Positions 18,647 through 26,823 of a stretch of DNA of 64,000 nt are shown here, in pieces. The DNA lies in NCBI GenBank assembly GCA_963781045.1, contig CAWAEX010000018.1:109806-173805 (forward strand), in the 5' to 3' direction. Source of the DNA: an uncultured Flavobacteriaceae bacterium. GTDB lineage: Bacteria > Bacteroidota > Bacteroidia > Flavobacteriales > Flavobacteriaceae. Under the pieces are notes generated by a model, which was given only the letters and a program-made list of their open reading frames with translations, ran no database searches and was not told where the DNA came from. Positions within the stretch are counted from its first letter, which is position 1. Each line of letters starts with the position of its first letter. A program made the translations under genes and the position numbers.

Positions 18647-19381
18647 ATGAGATCGAAAACACGAGTTCTTATAGTAGAAGATGATATGATCATTGCAGCT
18701 AACATTTCTCTGCAATTATCAAAATTAGGATATGAGATCACGGGTATAGAATCGAGGGGTGAAGAGGCCCTTATCCATTCAAGGCTTAATACTCCGGATC
18801 TAGTGTTGATGGACATCAATCTGAAGGGTAGTATAGATGGAATTGAAACCGCCTATTCCATGCAAACCACTACAGACATCCCCATTGTTTATATAACTGC
18901 AAACAATGATGAAGCTACTTTTGAAAAAGCGAAGAAAACTCATCCGTTCGCATTTATTCCAAAGCCCATCAATATGAGAGCCCTGCATCGCACCTTATCC
19001 CTGGTGGAAGAACAAATAAATAAAAGAAATAAAACAGGCGATGAGAAAGAGGAGATAATTGAGTTCCTCAACGACCGTATCTTTATAAGGCACCATGGGC
19101 AGATGGTAAAACTTTTATTAGACGATATATTGTTTTTAGAGGCAGATCGGAATTATTGTCAAATTGTAACCGCTAAACAGTCTTATTTATTGACCGCTAC
19201 ACTTAAGGTAATGCAGGATAAATTACCTAACTCAATCTTTGTCCGGGTACACAGATCGTATATCGTAAATATCACTCGCCTCGATGTTGTAGCCGAGAGT
19301 CATGTAGAGATCAATAGAAAGGTAATTCCCTTAAGTAAATCGTATAAAGAAGCACTGCTGAAGCATTTGCAAACCATATAA
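18647..19381 (+). CDS. LytTR family response regulator
   Basis: REC domain (IVEDD, LMDINL, PKP) plus LytTR domain (FVRVHRSYIVN). Confidence 0.92.
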   Translation: MRSKTRVLIVEDDMIIAANISLQLSKLGYEITGIESRGEEALIHSRLNTPDLVLMDINLKGSIDGIETAYSMQTTTDIPIVYITANNDEATFEKAKKTHPFAFIPKPINMRALHRTLSLVEEQINKRNKTGDEKEEIIEFLNDRIFIRHHGQMVKLLLDDILFLEADRNYCQIVTAKQSYLLTATLKVMQDKLPNSIFVRVHRSYIVNITRLDVVAESHVEINRKVIPLSKSYKEALLKHLQTI

Positions 19382-19402
19382 GGTTTACATAAAAAAAGAG
19401 GT

Positions 19403-20023
19403 TTAAGATTTTTTGTTTCCTCTTTTTTTCATGATGTGCGAAACTTCCCGGCTACCCGGATCCTTTTTGTTTTGAAGTTCGTGGATGATCCTGTTATGAT
19501 CTTCTTCTCTACCCTGAGATAACTTATAAGCAGCCTGAATCTGATTAATTTTTATTCGGAACCCAACAACGCCTTTAACTTGTCTAAGTGTGGCAGGGGA
19601 CAAGTCTTTAATAGATAGAGGTGTTTTCTCATCTTTTTCATAATGATCTACCAGGCCGCCCAACCAGGTCAGCACTTCAGATTCTGTCATTACTGTAAGA
19701 CTTCCATAAATATGCACAGCAATATAGTTCCATGTAGGTACCTCCTCTTCCTTATACCAGGATGAGGAAACATAAGAATGAGGTCCGTTAAAAATGCACA
19801 ATACCTCCGAATTGGCTTCAAATGCCTTCCACTGTGGGTTAGCCCTTGCAATATGGCCAATAAGAATATCATGCCCATCCTTATCCTTATCCAATTCAAG
19901 AGGAGTATGAGTCGCCCAGGGCTTGCCGTTAAGTTGATTGATCAGGATTGCAAAAGAATTAGATCTAATAAAGTCCTTTACTTCAGACAGGTCTTCATTC
20001 TTGTATTTCGATGGGATATACAT
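19403..20023 (-). CDS. PaiB-like FMN-binding negative transcriptional regulator
   Basis: MYIP, GHIARANPQW, GPHSYVSSSWY, VPTWNY, KLSQ. Confidence 0.88.
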   Translation of the reverse strand: MYIPSKYKNEDLSEVKDFIRSNSFAILINQLNGKPWATHTPLELDKDKDGHDILIGHIARANPQWKAFEANSEVLCIFNGPHSYVSSSWYKEEEVPTWNYIAVHIYGSLTVMTESEVLTWLGGLVDHYEKDEKTPLSIKDLSPATLRQVKGVVGFRIKINQIQAAYKLSQGREEDHNRIIHELQNKKDPGSREVSHIMKKRGNKKS

Positions 20024-20080
20024 ACACTATTCTAAACACTAAAAATATGGAAAATATGCCGTATTAAAGTGCATTATTCT

Positions 20081-20151
20081 ACAGATGGGTCAAGGAATAA
20101 TACAATTGGGTATAACTAGTTTTAAATTGATAAGAAAAGTGTAGAGATTTG
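20081..20151 (+). promoter_or_regulatory. Putative LytTR-activated (autoregulatory) promoter upstream of the kinase
   Basis: ACAGATGGGT(20081-20090)-N11-ACAATTGGGT(20102-20111)-N32-GAGATTTG(20144-20151). Confidence 0.7.
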
Positions 20152-20273
20152 CAGTGTGATAAGGGAGAAGCAAGAATTAGCTTTCAATTTTAGTGCTTCC
20201 TAAGAAAAAAATCATCTTTTTGCTACCTTTAAGCGAAAGGCGATTATAGCTACCCTTTTTAATTACGCAATAC

Positions 20274-21596
20274 ATGAAAGAACTAAACAAGATCATTAAG
20301 GTTTCCATATTTATAACTGTTGGGATCGTGCTGCTGAACCTGATAATCAACTTTGGTCATCCGGTAGTGTTGATGGAATTATTAGAAAGGATAGGAATAA
20401 CATTCATATACAGTTTTGTGCTAACTGCTGTAAGCTCCTATTTCCATGTTTATGCCAGTAAGCGCTACAGTTGGGAAACACAGGCGCAGAAACGACTTTG
20501 GTTTGGGGCCATAGGATCGGTGATATTTACGGTCCTTGCCTTTGGAATGGTAAGATGGTTTGTAGAAGTAATTATTTATGGGGCCACCTTTGAAAATTTT
20601 ATTGCCAATGAACAAGTGTATTATTATGTAATAGCCCTTGTCATTACCCTCATAGTGTCACTTTTCATTCATGCCTTTTACTTTTACAAAGCGCTACAGG
20701 ATACCAAAATAAAGGAACAAAAGATCATTGCCGGAACAGCCTCTGCCAAGTTCGATGCCCTGAAAAATCAATTAGACCCACATTTCCTCTTCAATAGTCT
20801 GAATGTGCTTACTAGTCTAATTGAAGAAGATCCTCAGCAGGCCCAGCGATTTACCACAGCGCTCTCAAAAGTGTATCGCTATGTTCTGGAACAAAAGAAT
20901 AAAGATCTTGTTCTGGTAAATGAAGAATTTGATTTTGCGAGGACCTATATTAAACTTTTGACAATGAGGTTTGAAGATAGTATTGTATTCGATATACCGG
21001 AAACATGCAGTATTGCCGAAGCCAGGATCGTTCCGCTATCATTGCAATTGCTTTTGGAAAATGCGGTAAAACACAATGTGATCACCTCAGAAAAACCTTT
21101 GAGAATACGGGTGTTTGAAGAAGATGGATGCCTGGTAGTAAGCAATAATCTCCAGGAAAAACAGGTAGTGAAAAGAAGCAGTGGGGTGGGACTGCGCAAT
21201 ATTCAGCAACGATACTCCATCTTATCAAATAGAAAAGTAAGTATTGATAAAACAGCATCGGAATTCAGTGTAAAACTACCTATGCTCACAAAACAAATTG
21301 AAAGTAAGGAAACACAAAAAGCATTTATAGAAGACAAGCGCTATCAGAAGGCAAAAGAGCGGGTGGAGGCCATTAAAGGGTTCTTAGGGAATTTAACTGC
21401 CTACTGTATTGTGATCCCTTTTTTAGCATGGATCAATTACAGAACTACAGATTTCCCGTGGGTGATTTTCCCCGCACTAGGTTGGGGTTTTGGTATCATT
21501 ACTCATGGAATGGAGGCCTATGGCTATAATCCTCTATGGGGAAAAAGCTGGGAGGAAAAAAAGATAAAGGAATTTATGGAGAAGGACGATTTTTAA
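20274..21596 (+). CDS. LytS/YehU-type (His_kinase) membrane sensor kinase with C-terminal fused 2TM domain
   Basis: Four N-terminal TM helices; LKNQLDPHFLFNSLN, LLLENAVKHN, SGVGLRNI; C-terminal YQKAKERVE...GWGFGIITH...WEEKKIKEFM. Confidence 0.9.
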   Translation: MKELNKIIKVSIFITVGIVLLNLIINFGHPVVLMELLERIGITFIYSFVLTAVSSYFHVYASKRYSWETQAQKRLWFGAIGSVIFTVLAFGMVRWFVEVIIYGATFENFIANEQVYYYVIALVITLIVSLFIHAFYFYKALQDTKIKEQKIIAGTASAKFDALKNQLDPHFLFNSLNVLTSLIEEDPQQAQRFTTALSKVYRYVLEQKNKDLVLVNEEFDFARTYIKLLTMRFEDSIVFDIPETCSIAEARIVPLSLQLLLENAVKHNVITSEKPLRIRVFEEDGCLVVSNNLQEKQVVKRSSGVGLRNIQQRYSILSNRKVSIDKTASEFSVKLPMLTKQIESKETQKAFIEDKRYQKAKERVEAIKGFLGNLTAYCIVIPFLAWINYRTTDFPWVIFPALGWGFGIITHGMEAYGYNPLWGKSWEEKKIKEFMEKDDF

Positions 21597-21644
21597 AAAG
21601 AACATTGACATGAACGTCAAAAGATCCTATTTATGACTGAAAAG

Positions 21645-21715
21645 ACAATTCATCATCACAAATCAACAATTGGGTTCAGTTCTTTTAGAAATTCAGTAGA
21701 TTATTAAGAATTTAG
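21645..21715 (+). promoter_or_regulatory. Putative LytTR-activated internal promoter for the 2TM x3 - LytTR genes
   Basis: ACAATTCATC(21645-21654)-N11-ACAATTGGGT(21666-21675)-N32-GAATTTAG(21708-21715). Confidence 0.72.
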
Positions 21716-21747
21716 AGGCATCAATTAAACCATTTAAAACACTAATC

Positions 21748-22050
21748 ATGGAAGACTTTAGCAAAGAGAACAAATACTTGCGAGCCAAAGATCGCGTTGA
21801 GCGATTAAAGAAATTTTACGGTAACTTAACCTCATATGTATTAGTTATATCAGGCCTGGCGGTAGTTAATTACCTAACTAATGAATGGGTCTACATGTGG
21901 TTCCTTTGGGCAGCATTTGGTTGGGGGATAGGTATAGTATTTCACGCTATAGGTACTTTTAATCTCAATCCGTTTTTTGGACGCGACTGGGAGGAGCGCA
22001 AGATCAAAGAATTAATGCGAGATGAGGACGATATAAAACGATGGGAATAG
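21748..22050 (+). CDS. 2TM domain protein 1
   Basis: YLRAKDRVERLKKFY, WGIGIVFHA, WEERKIKELM. Confidence 0.88.
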   Translation: MEDFSKENKYLRAKDRVERLKKFYGNLTSYVLVISGLAVVNYLTNEWVYMWFLWAAFGWGIGIVFHAIGTFNLNPFFGRDWEERKIKELMRDEDDIKRWE

Positions 22051-22070
22051 TAAGAGTAAAATCAATAGAT

Positions 22071-22394
22071 ATGGAATATCAGGATATAGAAAACGATAAG
22101 TTAAAAAAGGCAAAAAAACGGGTGGAGGAGCTAAAGGGCTTTTATATTCATCTCGCCATTTATATAATAATAAATTCTTTTATTATGGTGAATATCCTAA
22201 TTCGTGCTTTAGGCGATGGGGATACTTTCTGGCAGTTCGGCACCTTTTTTACACCATTTTTCTGGGGAATAGGGCTGGCTTTTCACGCAGCCAAAGTATT
22301 TAATTTCAATCCCATTCTTGGAAAGAACTGGGAGGAGAGACAGATCCAGAAATACATTGACAAAGACAAACGCGATGCCGAAAAATTTAAGTAA
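22071..22394 (+). CDS. 2TM domain protein 2
   Basis: AKKRVEELKGFYIHL, WGIGLAFHA, WEERQIQKYI; likely start ATG 22071. Confidence 0.88.
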   Translation: MEYQDIENDKLKKAKKRVEELKGFYIHLAIYIIINSFIMVNILIRALGDGDTFWQFGTFFTPFFWGIGLAFHAAKVFNFNPILGKNWEERQIQKYIDKDKRDAEKFK

Positions 22395-22396
22395 TC

Positions 22397-22741
22397 ATGG
22401 AAGAAGCAAGACTAGCCGCATATAGAAAAGCGCAGAAACGCGTAAAAAAGATAAAACGGTTTTACCGCCACCTTACTGTTTATATTGTCGTAAATATACT
22501 GTTGGTATATTTTGGTCTTAGGGGGGTCGATTTTATAGAAATTAATAGCCCTGAGGTAGATACGAAGGTTGTGTTTTGGCTTTTTTGGAATGTCCTCAGT
22601 GTTCCAATACTATGGGGTATAGGGTTATTGATCCACGGACTGTGCGTATTTAAGCCTAAGATCAATTTTATTAAAGCCTGGGAAGAACGACAACTGCAGA
22701 AGATCCTGGAGGAAGAATACAGAAATGAGAATTCCTTGTAA
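22397..22741 (+). CDS. 2TM domain protein 3
   Basis: AQKRVKKIKRFYRHL, WGIGLLIHG, WEERQLQKIL. Confidence 0.88.
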   Translation: MEEARLAAYRKAQKRVKKIKRFYRHLTVYIVVNILLVYFGLRGVDFIEINSPEVDTKVVFWLFWNVLSVPILWGIGLLIHGLCVFKPKINFIKAWEERQLQKILEEEYRNENSL

Positions 22742-22786
22742 TATATTATGGCTACAAATGCGTACAGCTAATACCTGAAGATAATC

Positions 22787-23542
22787 ATGAATGTACTTAT
22801 TATTGAAGATGAAAAACCTGCCGCCCGGAGATTAGCAAGGATGTTAGAGTCATTGGGTGTCAAAGCTTCCAATATACTTCACTCCGTAGAAGAATCCATA
22901 CAATGGTTTCAGAACAATCCACATCCTGACCTTATATTTTTAGATATCCAGCTTTCAGACGGACTCTCTTTCGAGATCTTTGAAGTACTCGACATTAAAA
23001 GTGCCATCATCTTTACAACAGCTTTTGACGAATATGCCTTGCAGGCCTTTAAATTGAATAGTATAGATTATTTGCTAAAACCAATTGATGAGGACGAACT
23101 TGAAAAGGCAGTCAATCAATTCAAATCTCAAAACACTACTGTTCCAAAATTGGCCATCGATTTTGAGGATATAAAAAAGCTACTGGTCAATCCGGTAGAA
23201 AGAGAATATAAAAAACGATTCACGGTTAGGGTAGGGCAGCACCTCAAGATCATCCATGCAGATGATGTTGAATGTTTTTACAGTGAAAATAAAGGCACCT
23301 ATGCAGCAACCGTAGATGGAAGATCATATCTTTTGGACACCACTCTGGAGCATTTGGAAACAGAACTAACTCCTAAAATATTCTTTAGAGTAAGCCGAAA
23401 ATTCTTTGTTAATATCAACCACATCAAAGACATCATTTCCTATACCAATTCCAGACTTCAGATCAAGTTAAACAAGACCTCAGATCAGGAAATCATAGTA
23501 AGCAGGGAGCGGGTGCGTGACTTTAAGTTATGGTTGGAGTAA
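22787..23542 (+). CDS. LytR/AlgR family response regulator
   Basis: IIEDE, FLDIQL, DYLLKP; LytTR FFRVSRKFFVN, IVSRERV. Confidence 0.93.
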   Translation: MNVLIIEDEKPAARRLARMLESLGVKASNILHSVEESIQWFQNNPHPDLIFLDIQLSDGLSFEIFEVLDIKSAIIFTTAFDEYALQAFKLNSIDYLLKPIDEDELEKAVNQFKSQNTTVPKLAIDFEDIKKLLVNPVEREYKKRFTVRVGQHLKIIHADDVECFYSENKGTYAATVDGRSYLLDTTLEHLETELTPKIFFRVSRKFFVNINHIKDIISYTNSRLQIKLNKTSDQEIIVSRERVRDFKLWLE

Positions 23543-23594
23543 AACTAAATAAATATCTGAAAATAAGATGATTAATACCTACTATAGATTTTTC

Positions 23595-24812
23595 TTATAG
23601 TGGCTTTTCGGGGGTATTTTTGTCTTTTTTAGCCACTCTGTTCTCATCGAAGGAAGAAGGAAGTAAAGCTGGTATCAATTTAATAAAAATAGGCAATAAA
23701 ACAGCTCCTCCGGGCAATAAAAAAATGGCCAGGGAGGGAACGCTTTTAAAGACATCCACTAACTGATCTTGTATCTTTTTCTTTTCATCGGCACTTAAAT
23801 CTTTAACCGCACCTTTGGAAATTAGATAGACCAGTTCTTTACTTTCTGATAATTCTTTTTGGAGTCTTTTACTGTTTCTCAGGATGAGTTTGTTGACCAC
23901 TTTAGACATACTGTCATAGAATTGTACGGCCATGTTTGTATCCTTTAAAAAAGAAATATTCCGTACGTTCTTCTTAAAAAAGATGGTGATATCTTCCAGT
24001 GATTTGGCGATCTGATCTTCAGGGAATCCCATATCTTTTCCAATTCCGTAAATAAATTCGGACTCTTTGTAGTCCAAAGAATAGTCTTCCCATACAGTAA
24101 GACTCGCTACATCTAAAAAGTACTGGTTCTCCCAGGGGGAATAATTGGTAAGCAGCACTTCGCGATAGGAACCGTCAAAATGTGACTCATCATCATCAAT
24201 AAAGGAGAGGGAGGCAGCGAATAATTGGGATAGTTTTTCGTCTGATTTGTTCTTTTCCTTAGCGTTTAAAGCGTGATAGGTGATATTGATAGCAAGGTAC
24301 TCCAGCTTTTGGGCGTGTTCTCTTATTTTATCACCCCCTCGTAGGTAATGGCGTAAGGTAAGCACGTCAATAAATAGCAGGGAATTAGTTATGATGCTGT
24401 TAAAGGTTCTACTGATGACATTGTCTTCGAGATAAACCCTGGAATCGATCAATTTTTCTAGTTGTGCCGAAGTTTTACTTCCCGTTAATATCTTATTGAG
24501 AAAGGAGATCTGACTTACATTCAGTTCTTTGTAAAACGTAAAAATAGTTTCTACAAAATCATCAAAACTGGTTTCTCTGCGCTCAAGGGAATAGGTGAAA
24601 TACAGCGCAGAAACTAGATTTATCTTTGCCATTTCATCCTCTGAGGGAGTATGTTCTATGGTTATAAAGGAAGGGATCTTAACATTGATACCGTAAACAA
24701 AGCCATTTTTTTTAAGGCTCTCGTATAGGGTAGAAAAGTTAGAATATACCCCAGCCTTATTAATAACAACTTCACCAAATTTATTTATCCAGCCTGGACC
24801 CGAAGGATTCAT
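23595..24812 (-). CDS. LETM1-related protein
   Basis: C-terminal QDQLVDVFKSVPSLAIFLLPGGAVLLPIFIKLIPALLPSSF resembles the LETM1 proline-rich TM segment. Confidence 0.82.
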   Translation of the reverse strand: MNPSGPGWINKFGEVVINKAGVYSNFSTLYESLKKNGFVYGINVKIPSFITIEHTPSEDEMAKINLVSALYFTYSLERRETSFDDFVETIFTFYKELNVSQISFLNKILTGSKTSAQLEKLIDSRVYLEDNVISRTFNSIITNSLLFIDVLTLRHYLRGGDKIREHAQKLEYLAINITYHALNAKEKNKSDEKLSQLFAASLSFIDDDESHFDGSYREVLLTNYSPWENQYFLDVASLTVWEDYSLDYKESEFIYGIGKDMGFPEDQIAKSLEDITIFFKKNVRNISFLKDTNMAVQFYDSMSKVVNKLILRNSKRLQKELSESKELVYLISKGAVKDLSADEKKKIQDQLVDVFKSVPSLAIFLLPGGAVLLPIFIKLIPALLPSSFDENRVAKKDKNTPEKPL

Positions 24813-25183
24813 ATCTCCAAAATTTATGACGAAAGTACGCCAAAATTAAACTTTTTTAGGTACCTGAAACTTCTTTACAACCCAGAAAATTATCCTTGTA
24901 GGGAATATACTATTGTTCAAAATACCTAGTGCTAAAAGTTCACCGAAAAGATAGAGGTGCCATTTCATAGTTGGTGAAGACTAAAAGCAAAACCAAAATT
25001 ATAAAAGGAGCTTCTAGTTAGACAGGGGCGTAGGCCTTAACTTTTTAACTAAAATTTTAGGAAATTACAGACGAAAAGACTATTTTTATCGTTTAAGTAC
25101 AGACTTTCATGATGCCCCAAGTGTTACGAAAGAACATTCTAAGTGTAAAAACTGAGTATTAACCGACCCGAATCACCTACGTT

Positions 25184-25285
25184 ATGGAATACTTCCTTTT
25201 TTTTAGTTGGACAGTTGCAATGCTTCTTGTATTTGTAAAAATATGGATGGCAAACCGCTCACTACAAAATTTACTTCGTAAGTAA
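25184..25285 (+). CDS. Putative 33-aa single-pass membrane small protein (below ORF-track cutoff)
   Basis: MEYFLFFSWTVAMLLVFVKIWMANRSLQNLLRK*, in a 600-bp gap upstream of a bidirectional terminator. Confidence 0.5.
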   Translation: MEYFLFFSWTVAMLLVFVKIWMANRSLQNLLRK

Positions 25286-25366
25286 AGACCTCTGTAATTT
25301 ATTGCTTTAATTTGAGGACTCTGTCAGAATTGGCAGGAATCAATATGATCCTTTCTACCCTAAAAC

Positions 25367-25391
25367 AAAAAGCTGCCCGTAGACAGCTTTT
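25367..25391. terminator. Intrinsic terminator after sodC, possibly bidirectional
   Basis: AAAAAGCTG-cccgtaga-CAGCTTTT. Confidence 0.75.
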
Positions 25392-25411
25392 ATACGCTTT
25401 CATATAAAACA

Positions 25412-25987
25412 TTATTTGATGATACCTGTACAGCTAATACGTGCGCCCGCAGCACCGCTGGGTTGGGACGTAAAGTCGTCTACCCCCTGATGTACAATAA
25501 CCGCTTTTCCGACTATATTCTTGGTTTCATCTTCGCAACCAATACACCAAAGATCTGTTGTAAATTCAACAGTGGCGTTTCCATCGGCATCAGCAGTAAA
25601 GTTCCCTATATCACCCCTGTGATATCCGGCAGTTTCACCCCATTTTCCATGAGGTTCTGCGGTTGGATTCCAATGTCCGCCGGTTGAGGTGCCATCTGTG
25701 GCTGAACAATCTGCTTTATCGTGAATATGGATAGCGTGTTCCCCCGGGGTGAGACCACTAAATGTAGCTTTCATAACAACTTTACCATTCTCATCCGTAA
25801 AGCTTACCTCTCCCGCCACGTTACTATCACTTTTAGGTTCCATTTTAAATGCAATAGACTCCACCATCACCTCTTCTTTGATGATTTCCATCTCTTCTGC
25901 GGCCTCACTGGCCTCCTTTTTTGCCTCTTTGCAATTGTAGGATGTTATCAGGATTAGACTTAATACTGTTATTCTTACAAATTTCAT
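25412..25987 (-). CDS. sodC: Cu/Zn superoxide dismutase lipoprotein
   Basis: HAIHIH, GGHWNP, HG, HRGDIGN, IVHQGVDD, GAAGARISC: metal ligands and catalytic Arg present; lipoprotein Cys (SYNC). Confidence 0.9.
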   Translation of the reverse strand: MKFVRITVLSLILITSYNCKEAKKEASEAAEEMEIIKEEVMVESIAFKMEPKSDSNVAGEVSFTDENGKVVMKATFSGLTPGEHAIHIHDKADCSATDGTSTGGHWNPTAEPHGKWGETAGYHRGDIGNFTADADGNATVEFTTDLWCIGCEDETKNIVGKAVIVHQGVDDFTSQPSGAAGARISCTGIIK

Positions 25988-26090
25988 TTCGTTCTTTTTT
26001 TAGTTAACATTTAAAGTTACATAATAATCCATGGGTAGTCAATTTTATAATTTAAGACCTTAAAAGTTCTATGGATTTTCTAGTTTCAAT

Positions 26091-26771
26091 CTATTTTTTT
26101 GACTTTTTACTCAGGTCCGGATTAAAGAAAATCCCGACTTGAATCCTGTCAAAATTTGCCGAATTAAAATGATTCTTTAAATAACCGAGCTGCAGGCTGC
26201 TATTATTGGTAATGTGAACACCTAATGCCATATATAGTCGATTTTGACCAAAAACCTCGTCCTGTAGGTTTAGGAACACCTCATCATAAACATTTACAAA
26301 AAACGTATCAGTAAGAGGAAGGGTTACTTGTAATCTATAACGAGCTCTGTGCTGAGTGTCTGTGGTTTCCCCAAAATCTATAAAGCGCTGCTCCAACCTG
26401 TACCGGTGTTCAAAACGGAATTCTCCCACCTTATTTTTCAGGATGAGTTGCTGAAAGATCCGGTTTTCCTTCGAATTAATTTCCTCCGGAAATTCTTCAA
26501 AAGTTCCATCTGTAGAAATATATCCATATCCAAGGGTAACAATGGCATCCGGGTTAATATGATAGTTAAGCCCGGTTCGCAATAGCAGCTGATTAAAATT
26601 CTGGGTGGTTTCATAGAAGCGAAATTGGGCCTCAGAATGAATACTTAGCTTTTCCGAGATCTTATTGGTGCCAAAGTACATATACCAGGCTCCCCATTCA
26701 TCTTCGCCAGTATTTTGGGCCATACTTATTCCGCTTATTAAAAGGGCAAAAAATATACTTAATCTCTTCAT
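26091..26771 (-). CDS. DUF2490 outer-membrane beta-barrel protein
   Basis: Signal peptide; QLLLRTGLNY, HRYRLEQRF, YDEVFLN, QNRLY. Confidence 0.85.
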   Translation of the reverse strand: MKRLSIFFALLISGISMAQNTGEDEWGAWYMYFGTNKISEKLSIHSEAQFRFYETTQNFNQLLLRTGLNYHINPDAIVTLGYGYISTDGTFEEFPEEINSKENRIFQQLILKNKVGEFRFEHRYRLEQRFIDFGETTDTQHRARYRLQVTLPLTDTFFVNVYDEVFLNLQDEVFGQNRLYMALGVHITNNSSLQLGYLKNHFNSANFDRIQVGIFFNPDLSKKSKK

Positions 26772-26823
26772 TCAGTTTCAGTATTTAATTCAATTTTATT
26801 CAAGAGGCTCTAATTCCGGAGAT

